A stretch of 64,000 nucleotides of DNA from NCBI RefSeq assembly GCF_018977255.1, contig NW_024704837.1, positions 62,001 through 126,000 of the forward strand, read 5' to 3'. A program made the position numbers and the translations under genes. Below, one piece after another: positions 1-12,830 of the stretch (its first letter is position 1; every line of letters begins with the position of its first letter). Origin of the DNA: Callorhinchus milii (taxonomy: Eukaryota). The notes beneath the pieces are model-generated. The model did not search any database. It saw nothing but the letters and a program-made list of their open reading frames with translations, and was not told where the DNA came from.

Positions 1-475
1 TTACTGAGGGATGTTTGGTAACATGCATTTGGCTATTTTCCATATCCTACTGTGAACTGTCGACATTATGTCAGATGGTTTGAACAGCTGTTCTGTGTTT
101 CTGCAACCATGACAACACTACAACAATGAATATCTATTTTTTGTTTAGATTTGTTGAGGATTTTATTACTTAACAATGTTCTCCAGCCAAACGCCAGTGC
201 ATGTAATCTGCCTGTGTGCCTCTGCGTAACCATATTCCAGGATTTTTACAAGAAAGATCCTAGGGTGCCTTCCCTGATATGTTCTCATCCTCTATGTGCA
301 GATGAACCTGTGTACCTCCACTCAATGTACTCAAATAAGATGCTACTCCAAGGTCCTGTCTGCCTGTTTAGGTGGATGTTAAAGACGTCATGACACTATT
401 TGAAAACTAAGGGAGTTCTCCTGGTGTCCTGCTGAACAATATTCCAGATAACATTGGTCATTCTTTTCATGACAT

Positions 476-790
476 GGAGTCCTGTAGCTCAGTGGTTAGA
501 GCATTCGCCTCACAAGCGAGAGACCTGCGTTCGATTCCCGGCAGAGCAAAATCTTGGGCATGTTTCCTCTCTCCACATACCTGATAATAATCCCTCAAGA
601 AAAAAAACAATAATAATTTGGTCACTTTAATCCACGACTGTTTGTGGGATACTGCTGCGCGTAATTAGCTGCCGCGTTTCACCCATAACAATGCAGTCCA
701 TTCACTTTACAGTATACTCTGTGAAGCCCTTTGAGACGTCTAGAAGACGTGAAAAGCGCTATATCAAATTCAAGGATTATTATTATTATT
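476..790 (+). mobile_element. tRNA-derived Deu-domain SINE
   Basis: A-box TAGCTCAGTGG, B-box GTTCGATTCC, Deu-like core, stem-loop tail, (TAT)n end. Confidence 0.93.
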
Positions 791-984
791 ACGACATGCA
801 GTTTATCTAACAATTTCATTCTTAACAAAGTGCTCTCAATTCTCTGTGTACCTAGATTAAATATTCTATTAAACTGCAAAGCACATACTACCTGTCAGTG
901 GAACAAAGGATACCAGAAACTAACCGATGCCCTGTTTAAATCTACATTTGAGTGCAATATTTTGGCACAACACAAGGCAATACA

Positions 985-1645
985 AGTTTGCATTTATTTA
1001 GTGCCTTTCACATTGTGAGGACCTCCCTAGGTGCTTTACAGTTCAGGGTTTGCACATGAGTTTGGGATGGAGAGTAGGGGATAGCGTGAAGGGGGAAAGA
1101 TGATTGAAAGCACGGTCAAAGAAGAAGGTCTTGAGGTGGATCAGGGAAGCGGTGAGTTAAAAGGACTCCAGGATGGAGTTCCATAGAATAGGGGCATAAA
1201 TGCTGAAAGCCTGACCACCGATGGTGGGACAGGTAGGGCTGGTTGGCTGATGCAGCCTGATGTCTGCTGAGCAAAAGGGATGGACGGATTGTTAGGGATT
1301 GAGGAAGTCACAGAGGTAGGGTTTGATAAGACCATGGATGGATTTAAAGGTGAGGATGAGGATCTTGAACTCAATCTGCTGGGGGATGGGGAGCGAATGG
1401 AGCCGGGCGAGAATGGGGAGCATAGGCTTGTGGAGCCTAGTGCAGGAAAGGACATGAGCTGCAGAGTTCTGGATAGTCTGCAGCTTGCGAAGGGCGAGCA
1501 GAGTGTTGGCATAACCTAACCTGGACATGATGAATGCGGAGATTAGGGCCTTGATAGCCCAAGTAGAGAGGTAGAGATGGAGGCAGGCAATGTTGTGGAG
1601 ATTTGCCCGGGTTAGTATGGTGATAAAATGCTTTGTTGCGCTGAA
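985..1645 (-). mobile_element. L2 LINE 3' fragment (diverged)
   Basis: KLQTIQNSAAHVL...PILARLHSLPIPQQIEFKILILTFKSIHG is the L2 ORF2 C-terminus. Confidence 0.92.
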
Positions 1646-4600
1646 ATGTGCCACAAAGTCATGGGATCACAGTTTCTTATGTGACAAGTTGCTGATATTG
1701 AATATTTGCATTTGAATCAGCACCTAAACATCAAAACATTTCCAAGCCCTTCACAGAGATTTTATGTAAATTGCCGGGAATCAAACCCAGATCTCTCGCT
1801 TGCAGGCCACTGAGCTACAGGACTCATGATTGTAGGATTGTAGGATCCTGTTGTAGGATTCTATTGCTGTATGCCTACTATCCTTGTCATCTCTATTGAA
1901 TTCCCCACTGTCTCCCATCTACTGTAACTCTTTTACTGTCTCTTAAATGGTTCCCCAATTTGTTGACTGAACCAAATTATGCATCAGAGAATAGTCTAGG
2001 TCAGGTAACTCCTGAACTCATTCCCCCTCTTGCCTCACATGTACCACGGTTCTGAGGTTTACCAGACCTCATAAGCTTTTATCTTCATCTTTGCAGTTAT
2101 CAGAGAGGCCAGTCTGACAAAAGCAGTTCAGATCTGATGGCAAAACAAGCATTACTGACCCAAACTGTTACTTCCATGAATGAGATTTATTTTATTCAAA
2201 ATTCCAGCTGTCAATTAGTTTTAGCTACTGATGTGAACTACAGTACATGTAGCTATCAATTAGGAAGGAAGCTTGCCATGTAATTTTTGAGGATCATTTT
2301 AGATCAGTTTGAATCCAGAATTGAGTGAATAGTTAGATAAATGCCCGAAGAAGAGAAATATTTAAGGGAATGGGGAAAGAGTAGAGAGTGGAATTAGGTT
2401 TACGCATGCAGGAAAACACATTGCGAATTTAAGGAGTTGAACAGCCTGCTTCTGTGTTGAAACTATTCTGTGAATTTTAGGAGTTTCACTTTGGTGATCA
2501 ATTTGAATGGCTGTGAAAACCAGGGTCAGTTCTGTGTATTAACAGGCCCACATTGTGAAAGCAAATTTCTCTGCACCCTGTGTTAATGTTGACAGTCAAT
2601 GGAAACTTTCAGCTGGGCTGGAACAATTGTGTTTTTGTATTCTGATTTACAATCCATACATTGCTGTGAACTTAAATCAGAGATCTGATCCAAGCTGTGC
2701 ATTCATGTGGAAGTATGAATGCAGACATGGTTTCTCCAGGGCACTGAGCATGGAAATAAGGTCAAGATCATATGACCAGATCAGAAATCTGAAATTTTGA
2801 TTAAGAAAGCATAATTTGACTATGCTTTGAGGAAGTTATGAAATACTGGGTACAACCCCACAGGTAAGGACGACTAAGTGATTCCATTTGCAGCTCAGTT
2901 TAAATCAGTCCACAAAGATCTGGGGCTGACACAAAGAAACCAGTCATATCCAAACCATCATCAAGGCAGTTTTAAAAAACGGTGAGAGGGGAGAAAGGAG
3001 GGGGAAGAAAGAGTGGAGGAGAGGGAAAATTGAAGGATAAGAATTTTCAGACTGTCAGCAATTTTAGTACCTTCTTACCAGCTAGTAGAAAATAATAGCG
3101 TAGGTGGTAAGGAGGCATTTTAAGGTGTCTTTTTGATGTGTAACATCCATTTCCTATTTTTCGATATAGATTAAGTACAGCAGTGATCACGTGTGACTCA
3201 TGAATCAAAAATACCAATTGGTTGAATAGTTAGGAGTGTGTCATGTTAACCTCAGTCTCATATTTTCTGATAATTTAAAACTGGAGTCAAGATTCACATT
3301 CTAGTCAGATTTTATTATGATCTAAAGATCAAGAGAGAAAAAAGTATTATGACAACATAAAATGAGTGTTCAGTGTTTTTATAGTTGTGTATTGTGAGTC
3401 AGCATGAAGAAACCAAAATATACTGGGATGCAAATTGTTATGTTCATCAGATGCAATGTGATCATATAGTAGTTAACACATCAAATCTGTTCTGAAATGT
3501 CCCACGTTTACTCCCAGAATAGCATGTTCTGAGCAGAACAATGGCAAAGTTTGCTGTTATAACAGTATTGAATCCCACTTCCACTTGAATGAATCCCACT
3601 TGTCAGTCTGACACCTCCATTCATCATATTTATAGTGAAATGCTCAAGTTTGCTCTCACCTCACAAACCAAAACTCTTATACAATTAATAATGGTGTCGC
3701 TTTAACAACATTCAAAAAATCTGGTTGCAGCCATTTCACCACAAGTCTGATTTTAAAAAATCAACATTTGAGCTCTTCAATGGCTAAGTTGAATCACTGT
3801 CTAAGAATTATCACAGTCTGTGTAGCCACACAGTGTAACACTGGTGAAATGATGATCTGGCACAGAATTACATAAAATATTTCAGCACTGTACAGGTCAT
3901 TCAGCCCAATTAGTCCATGCCAGTGTTTATAATCCACATGACCCCCATCCTTCATAATCCTCTCTCCCATTCCTTTCTAGTCCCTTCTCCCTTATGTAGC
4001 ATCATGGTTCATCTTAAATATGTTGATTTTTATTTAAGCCACAGCTTTCATTCTTGGCAGCCTGTGTATAAATAGGTTCCTCCTAAACTATCTTCTGGAT
4101 ATGCTACCGGCTATCTTATAGTTAAATCTGACAAGTCTTCTGCTCTTCAGCCCCCAAAGAATGTGTCTGACAGATCAATGAACATTACTGCTTCCAGTTA
4201 TAAAGCACTTAATCTGTCTGTGCAGAATGTCTCACTTGATTAAATTTTTTAAACAATTATTTTGGATTTAACTGGAGGAACAGTCAATCTCTGGATGTCT
4301 ATCCTTTTTGTAAAATTGACAGACTTTGCGGATCAGGGAACGCAGCAGAGCTGCATAACAATACCGTACAATGAGGCGAGGTCAGGAACATCACTTTGAG
4401 ATGGAGTTTCATTATCAGCAACTTTTGTTGCTTTCTTCATTTCATTGACCTGTCATTTCATTTAAAACTTTATTTTATTTCTACTGAGTTGTAGTGTTAA
4501 AAAAAATCTGTCAGATGCTGTCTTGAGTTTGGAGCCAAGTTTTTCTTGAAACTTGTAATTTTTTTTAATGACCTGGTAGCCTGCAGGGACATCTAATCCT

Positions 4601-5325
4601 TGTCAGTCTAGTTATGCCTGTGTCGCTTTCTCTACTGATTGAGCACATGGGTATTTAGAGATCTGCTAATACAACACCAGACTCTTTTCCTAAAGATTTT
4701 AGTAATTTAATCAATCCTTAAAATATCTGACTCTATTCAGGTTGATCATGGACACACTAAAGGTGAAATTAATCAGTACTGTGTTGTTGCAGAATGATTT
4801 ACTTTAGGAACAGAGAGAACTGAGCTTTCACTCCACAAATCCCAAAATTTAACTGCACTACAGTTAACAACCAAAACAGCTCCAAATGATTACCACGAGC
4901 TGCTGGCAAACAGACTGGATGAAAATGGTTAATACTGTACTTGTTTTTCTTTAAATACATAGATAAAGAGTTTGCTTTATGGTTTCTAGAAACATTTCTT
5001 TCACTGCGCATTCTCTCCAAATATTTTTTCTACAATCATATGGATACAGTCAGAATCATTTGGACTTTTTTGTCTCACTTTCCAGGGTCAACTGAAGCTC
5101 TCTTAAAAGCTGCACTGTAAGAAAATCCAAATGCAAGCTACAAATTCAGAGCACTTAATTGAAGGATACAATGAATTATTTGCTAAATTTACTCTTGCTA
5201 TTATTTTAGCAGCTATCAGCTGGTAATGAGGGAGAATACAGTAAACCCTACAGGGATTCACTAGCAACTCAGAGATGCAAATGTAGACATCCTCGGGTTT
5301 ACTGGATATGTATGACAAGCCAACT

Positions 5326-5326
<1 letters not shown>

Positions 5327-5357
<31 letters not shown>
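5327..5357. repeat. (TA)n microsatellite
   Basis: Perfect TA run. Confidence 0.95.
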
Positions 5358-5360
<3 letters not shown>

Positions 5361-6618
5361 ATCAGAGCTACTCTTCAGCTATATTGTATCAGAGCAGAGT
5401 TCCTGCAGGTTGGTGTGATGCACTTGTATTTGTTATTTTGCAAATCCAGGTACTGAATAGTCATATTTTCAACTCCAACCTGATAAGGGGTGCTCATTCA
5501 TTCATTCATTCAGACTGTCCTGTTAATTAAAAACTAGGATAAATCATTTGCCGCATTATATCTTTTACAACCTTATCATGTTACAATCAGATGGCATTAC
5601 AAAGCAATTCCTAAAATGTGTACACGAGCAGGCAAAGGTTATGATTATAATTAGATTTGAAAATTTGGAATGATTTCTAACATGCACATGACTGCCAATT
5701 CACTGTAACAGGCAAACTAGGTCACAGCATTGTAACTTCAATAAGGTCAATGGGCCTGAGGCTAGGCAAAAGACCAATGTCTCTAACTGCAATGGATGTG
5801 AAATCTGACGGTTTCACTGGCACATAAAAATTATCTCTTGAATTGCACTCAGATGAAGCAGAATTAATTTGCAAATTGTTAATATAGCACAATAATGTGG
5901 GAGGTTTGTGCACAAAGCTTATAGGCATACTATAATTCGATGGAAATCAGTTTAGACAATTATATTACAGCAAGTCTAAGTTATTTTAGACTTTAGGTTC
6001 AAACTACAAGTTTTCTTCTAGGAATAAGACTGCAATTGAAGGGGCTAAATGACTTTCCCATAGTTCAAGAAATGAATGTATAAAAAAAGCAGAAAATTGC
6101 AAAGGGGAGGAAGAAACAGTTGGAGTTAAAGTGGTTAAAATCAAACATACAATATTTAAGAAACTTACTTAGAAGTAATGAGGGAGAATTGGAAAATATT
6201 AGAAATTTTGAAAATAATGAAAGACATTTACTGTACAGAATGCAATGTGTCTGCATTCAGGTTTATGCCAAGGAGAGGGGGATGCAAATTAGAGTAAGCC
6301 CAGAGTATATCTGCACCAAATACAAACAGACCGAAGAGCTGAAACTAATGCTCAAAAACACATAAATGAAAAAACAAACGCTTGAACACACATGAGTTAA
6401 TGAGTGGGGAGGGAGTAAATCCAGTTGTTTTACATGTGATGACAAATTATATCATGGATAGAAGATCTGAAGAGATAAAGCAATTTCATCAGATTGAAAT
6501 TTTAAATTCAGTCTTAACTTGGAAGCCAGTTCTGTTTAAGAATTGCTTAAAACTGGCCTCCAAATTAAGACAATTCAGTGGTTTCTTAAATTTTAAGACA
6601 AAATGACCTTACAGGCTA

Positions 6619-6940
6619 TGAGTCCTGTTGCGTATTGCTTAGAGCACTCACCTCGCAAGTGAAAAGACCTGGGTTTGATTCCCAGGCTGGACGAAATGTT
6701 AATCAAGTTTCCTTACTCCACACTCCTCTGTTTACCTGGCAGTAAGTATTTTATTTTTAAAATAAAATAAAAATAATAATAATAATTTGGTCACTCAATC
6801 CTCGATTGTTTGTGGGACACTACTGTGCGAAATTGGCTGCTGCATTTCGCCCACAAATATACAATCAATTGACTTTACTTGTATATTCTGTAAACCACTT
6901 TAAGACATCTCAAAAACACGATAAGGCTCAATATCAAATC
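6619..6940 (+). mobile_element. tRNA-derived SINE (long subfamily, diverged)
   Basis: Colinear with the other copies, includes the ctctgtttacct.gcagtaagta segment. Confidence 0.88.
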
Positions 6941-9851
6941 TTAAATCTTGCATATTTTCTCATTTGGGTTTTATATCACTAGCATACATGAACACCCCAT
7001 TGTACCAGTTGAAAGTTACTTTCTGAATGCAAAGAGGATGTTATGTTTAGAGGATGTGAGATGCACAAAACTTTCTGTCAATAATGAAGATGTGATCATT
7101 TATGAATGAAGCCATCAAGAATTTCTTCCATCAATGAGCTGTGGTATTCCACATTACTCTACTGGATATAGTGTTATAATGAGCCACAGATGTGTCATTC
7201 ATTTATTTCAGTGAAAAACATTGACATTTATTATTACAGCAGTAATACAAACATGGTGAATAATTTTGCACAGTATTCCTAAATATTCTTCTGAGAGTGT
7301 TCCATATCTTGGCAGTTCCCATAGGGTAAGAGAATAATTAAAATAAGATGCTGCTGCTAATAAAATACCAGGTTTCAAATAAGTGCAATGTCTAAGCTTC
7401 TGGTTTAAAGCTTTTTTGGTGGGGTTTAGATGTAGCCATGCCCTGTAGCCATGAGTTCTGTGACTCAGTTCTGCTACACAGTCTATTTTGGGCTGTGAGG
7501 TTAGTGTGAATTTGTTTCTTATCTCCCTTCGGGGAGTCTACAGTGTCAGCTAAAAAGCTACACGTGTAGGGAGCTACATCACATGATATTGCCCACAAAA
7601 TATACAATCAATTCACTTACAGTATATCCTGTGAAGCGCTTTGAGACATCTTGAAGATGTGATAAGGCGCTATATCAAATGCAAGGATTATCATTATTAT
7701 TATTATCGCACATACATAATGTGGTAGATACTTTTTAAATCTAACTCAGCAAAACTTGATTCCATTGTCTTTGCACATACTCATAATGCAAATTCATTGA
7801 AAAGTATGTGATGTGTCAGGTATCTTGCCACATATGTTTTTTCGAGGTGTCTGTACATCACGTCCTGTTTATATATTTATATACTAGGTTGTTCCTAATG
7901 CACAGTAGTGTTAAGCTCTACCTCTGAAAATTATGAGTGGGATGTTAATGATGGGTATGATTAATTGTATTTAAAACAAGTGTTATTTATTATTCCAGAT
8001 CATCCCTTTGTCTAATGAGTCATTAAATTGAGGTCCCGTCTGTCCTGTGATTCTCATGACATTAACGGACCACTGACTGCCAAGTTTCTCCTAGTTGTCC
8101 TATTGCTTCCTGATCCAAATTCACCTCACAAAAATTTTAATTGATCAGCAACTCATCTCATCGGTGTCATTAGGACATTGCAAGTTGCAGAAATCTGCAT
8201 AAATTTGCTCAATCACATTTTGCTTTGTGATATTTAGCACTGAAGTTTTATATTATTATTCCTAAAAAAGATTTTGGAAAAATATTCCAACATAAAATAC
8301 ATGGGAGTACTCCCAAATTCATATCTAGTAGTACCCCAACCCCTTTAATTTATTTTGAAACAGTTTATTCCAGTTTTAAGAGAAGTTAGAGTGAACAAGA
8401 ACTTGCAGTTTACCCACACTCATTGCCTAAAATACAGTGGCCAACATACAGTAACACAGTACTCATCAAAATAACTTCCAGGGGAGGTAACCACTTAGAG
8501 AGACTGAGTTGTTTTATTCGTTACCGCCTGGATAATTTAATTAGTTCCAACAAAATGTGCCTTGCAAAAGTTTAATCAGCAGAATTATAACAGTAAATGT
8601 GTTCCCTCGTGGCTAATTATAGTTTAAGAAGTATGAGCGCTCATTACAGCAAAGGGCTTCAATAATTTTAAACGCAGTTTTTATGTTTTGTCGGTCTATA
8701 GCTTACTTGTTGTCTTTTTAAAAGCCGTGATAATTCTGGCATTCTTTCGAATATTCCTGTAGAAAGGTGTAGATTGCATGTCCTTTATTGAATGAATCGT
8801 ACCACTGTTCAAAATTAATGAGGTGACACTAAATTACTTTGCGATAAGCACAAAGCTTGACATCATTGCTAATTATTGACTATTAAACAAGCTAAACCCA
8901 TTTAATCTTCATTTAGCATTACCCAGCTGAAGCTTGGGAAACAAAATGTTAAATGAGCCATACTCTTGCATTTGTCCATTAAGCTACGTAAAATGGTTCT
9001 GAAATTTTCAGAGCACTGTGATCCCGCTGATGTTGTAAGCCACATCACTTCTTTTGTTCTCAAGCCTCACAGGCCTTTTATAATAAGAATACAATAATAA
9101 TCCATGCATTTGATATAACACCTTATTATGTCATGGAGACATCTCAACGTGCATCACAGAATATATTGTAAAGTGGATTGACTATGTATTTTGTGGGTGA
9201 AATTTCCAGGAGTATCACAATCAGAATTACAAATGGATTTCATCCATAAAAAAAGTCACTACACTTTACAGTATATTCTGTGAAGAGCTTTGAGATATCT
9301 CAAAGATGTGATAAGGCACTATATCAAATGCAATGATTATTATTATTATTATCTTGAACATTCGAGGAAAGAAGTAGGCTACATACTCTTAGGTGGGGTA
9401 TATTGAATTCTTGAAATGACGTTATCCTTTTTGGCCAACCAACTGAGGAAATGACTTGTCCTTTCAGACAGTTGTTTCCCTGGAATAATTTGTTGTCCTC
9501 TTCACGGGCTCCATATAACAGTGCAGGTTTTCTCTTCTTTCTTCTTGTCTGGGGCTCAAAATTCAAACTAATCTTAGGCTATAACACATTGTTGTTTTAA
9601 AAATTAAGGTTTCGCAGAATTTGGAGAATTCTTAATCATTATTTTTAACTGGTTTCCAGTCAGAGAAGATAGTACGCAAGCTATTGTTTGTCTGCTTTTT
9701 GTTAAACCTTATTAACAATATTTCATAATCTGTACAATGTGATATTTAATGCAAAATTTATGATATAATATTTATCTCTTTCAACATTTATCATACGTGT
9801 CACATTGAATGTGTTTAGGATATCAGGAAAGGTAGACTAGTCTTGGTAATA

Positions 9852-10174
9852 CAAAATTCAATGTAGGTTATCAAGAAAGGCAGACTGCTCCGCTTCAGAA
9901 TTTCTCAACCTTTGAAGTTATTCTTCAAATAATGTGGCCTGGGGAGAATTGCGACTACTAATTTCACCCCAATTCTTATATAAGCTAAAATGTTAACAGT
10001 CAGATTGATAGGATTCTAAGACAGTAGTATTGCACAGCTGAAATGAGAAAACAAAGGCATAAATTCTTTCCAGACCACAATCCAGAGAGAATCAGGAATG
10101 CAAAGGCCAAGATTTGAAGAACAACCTCCAAAGAAATTCAGTCTGCCTTTCTTGATATCCATCATTGAATTTTG
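9852..10174. mobile_element. MITE-like element with long terminal inverted repeats
   Basis: 9852-9887 caaaattcaatgtaggttatcaagaaaggcagactg versus the reverse complement of 10139-10174 caaaattcaatgatggatatcaagaaaggcagactg. Weaker pairing continues inward. Confidence 0.65.
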
Positions 10175-10599
10175 ATAAGTTTTTCTAGGTAGTACAGTTT
10201 AGGACTAAGGTACAAAATAGTGTGGAATATTCATAAATAAGTGGAATGATCAACACTCCCAATTCCACTGAAAACCTTTGGTCCAATCGAGCACGTTTGT
10301 CAAAAAAAGTCTTGTTGTTTCTGTGCTGTGCAATATATGTGCTGAGTGAGACCTGAACCAGAATAAATATAAGTTAATTTAAAAATTTCCTGCGTGATGT
10401 GTTCCTTTTCTTTTGGGGAGTCATTTCTTTGTGCATTTTGCAAGTTTAACTAATGCTGTTATTTCATGTGGTAATTTGGAGAGAGGGATATGGGAACAGA
10501 GATGGTCTGCTTCACTGTAGGGGTTACTTTGGTCATTTTATACATCAGGCATTTTCCCCACAATGTCAGCCTCACTTAACATTTATTTTCATTTATATT

Positions 10600-10950
10600 G
10601 GAGTCCTCTAGCTCAGTGAGTGGAGTCCTACAGCTCAGTAGTTAGAGCTCTCGCCTTGAAAGCGAGAGGGTTCGATTCCCAGCAGGGCAAAATGTCGGGC
10701 AAGTTTCCTTACTACACACGCCTCTGTTTACCTAGCAGTAAGTAGGAACCCGGTTGTTAGTCGATCACTTTCCAGCGGTAATATTTTCTTAAAAAGAATT
10801 GGTCACTTCAATCCATGACTGTTTGTGGGACAGTGCTGTGCACAATTGGCTGCTGCGTTATGCCCACAAAATATATATTCAATTCACTTTACAGTATATT
10901 CTGTGAAGCACTTTGAGACGTCTCGAAAACGTGATAATGCAGTATATCAA
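10600..10950 (+). mobile_element. tRNA-derived SINE (long subfamily) with a duplicated 5' end
   Basis: ggagtcctctagctcagtgagt is followed by ggagtcctacagctcagtag, then the full body. Confidence 0.9.
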
Positions 10951-11274
10951 CGAAAGAAAGCTCCACTGGTTTATTAACATATTTGCAATGTCAGACATAG
11001 GGAAAGAGGAATCTAAACAAACAGAAGATACCATCATGATTCATTAGATTGTACTTCTTAAGAAAATCGTGGAAGTATGGGGTCTAATTTGCAATATTTC
11101 TCAATGGAATTCTTCAATATTGAGAATTCCCTTCAGGCTGTGGGAACTTTGCATCAGAAGTAGATTGCATTGGAGCAGAGTTTCCATGGGCTGTGTGATT
11201 TACTTCTTTTTATGGAAAGTGTCCACATTTGCGCAGCTTAGATATTTTTTATTTAAAAATTCCACTAATAGCGC

Positions 11275-11792
11275 TTCCCTTCACAAGCTGCTGATCACCC
11301 AAAACTCTGCAGCTCGTGTACTCTCAAGCACCAGGCTCCGCGACCCCATCACTCCCACCCTCGCCCGACTCCACTGGCTTCCCATCCCACAGAGAATTGA
11401 GTTCAAGATCCTCATCCTCACTTTTAAGGCCAACCATGGCCTTGCCCCCCTCCTACCTCTCTGACCTGCTAACTCCCTACCAACCTGCCCACTGGTCCAT
11501 GTCTCCTGCTTGACCCGCCCTACCATCGGTGGTCAGGCTTTCAACCTCTCTACCCCCACACTCTGGAACTCCATCCCACGGTCCCTTCGCCTCGCTTCCT
11601 CCCTCGCATCCTTCAAGGCTGGTCTCAAGGCCCTTCTCTTCGATCGTGCCTTTGATCTTCCTCCCACCTCTCTGCCTTCCCTCATCCCTACACCACCCCT
11701 CCCTCATGCTTGGGCCCCGACAGCTGACTGTTCAGCGCTTTGGGACGCCTTCCCATTATGAAAGACGCTCTATAAATGTAATTTTGTTGTTG
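11275..11792 (+). mobile_element. L2 LINE 3' fragment
   Basis: QNSAARVL...[22 protein letters not shown], stem-loop tail, (TTG)n. Confidence 0.95.
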
Positions 11793-12464
11793 TGGTGTGC
11801 CACCTAATATCAAAAGTTCCTTAAATAACATAAGCAATGTTCTAAAGCTACCAAAACCTTGTATTGCATATACTGTCATTTGCGCTCTGCCACAGTTTTC
11901 CTGCTGTTCTCTTGCATGGATAATTTTCTTTCATGGATTCTTCCCAACTCAATCGCCACAGAAGCCCACAAAGCTCAAGACAAAGATAGGCACAATTGCT
12001 TCAACGGTATTAAAGAAATATATGTATATAATGTCTGAACATGTCATAGTAAGAGTTGAATGATTGAAAACAGCCCCCCAAATAAAGGTAAATTGATTAC
12101 CATCTGGCAGTTCATTCATCCACAAATATCAATACCACTGTGCTATTGAAATGAAAAGTTCAACTAAGTTCAAACTTGACTAATCCCATGCATGAAATTC
12201 CAATGTTGAAGTCTATTCAGGAATCTTGGCTGTTTACAATTACTTAAATCACATGATGATTTAACACATGATGGAAAGCAAGAATATGTTAACATGCTAT
12301 CATCTTTCAAAGGGGCCATTATATGTTATGTTTTACTGCATAGTGCATATATAGTATTTCAACCTAAATAGGCAGATGCAACCTTGGTTTAATGTCTCAT
12401 TATTCATAGATCCGCATCTCCAGCAAAGGAGATTTCCTCCAGCTCTGTATTTTGAACTTTTGAA

Positions 12465-12830
12465 CAGACAGAGGCGGGCAATGTGATGGAGGCAGAAAAA
12501 AAGCAATCCTGGTCAGGGAACGGATGTGGGGTAGAAAGGAAAAGCTGGGGATTGAACCTAATACCTAAGTTGCGCACGGGTTCGGTGAGTCTGAGGGAGA
12601 GCCTGGAGAGGTTGAGGAGTTCAGACCTGCAGGAGAGAAGACGGTGAAGGGAGCCAAAGAATATGGCTTCCGTTTTGTCGACATTCAGCTGCAGGAAATT
12701 TGCACTCATGCAGGCCTTGATTTTGAGGGCGAGTGGGGTAGAGCCTGAGGAGATAGGCTGGTTGATTGTGTCAGCCAGCAGTTTGGAGAGGAGGGGGAGT
12801 TGAGTGACCAGAGGAGGGGCTGCCTCCTGT
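12465..12830 (-). mobile_element. L2 LINE internal fragment
   Basis: MSANFLQLNVDKTEAIFFG...VRNLGI, the L2 region just after the RT domain. Confidence 0.85.

Noticed and set aside
476-550. tRNA-Ala-like sequences (also 19697, 32158, 41703, 52632, 57696)
   Set aside because: They are SINE heads: no acceptor-stem 3' half, and each runs directly into the SINE body and L2-like tail.
2830-4930. Possible plus-strand exons (donor CAG|GTAAGG at ~2863; acceptors at ~4322 and ~4808 with short open frames)
   Set aside because: In-frame stops upstream, no recognisable protein, and inconsistent phases. They could be lncRNA exons but are unsupported without RNA data.
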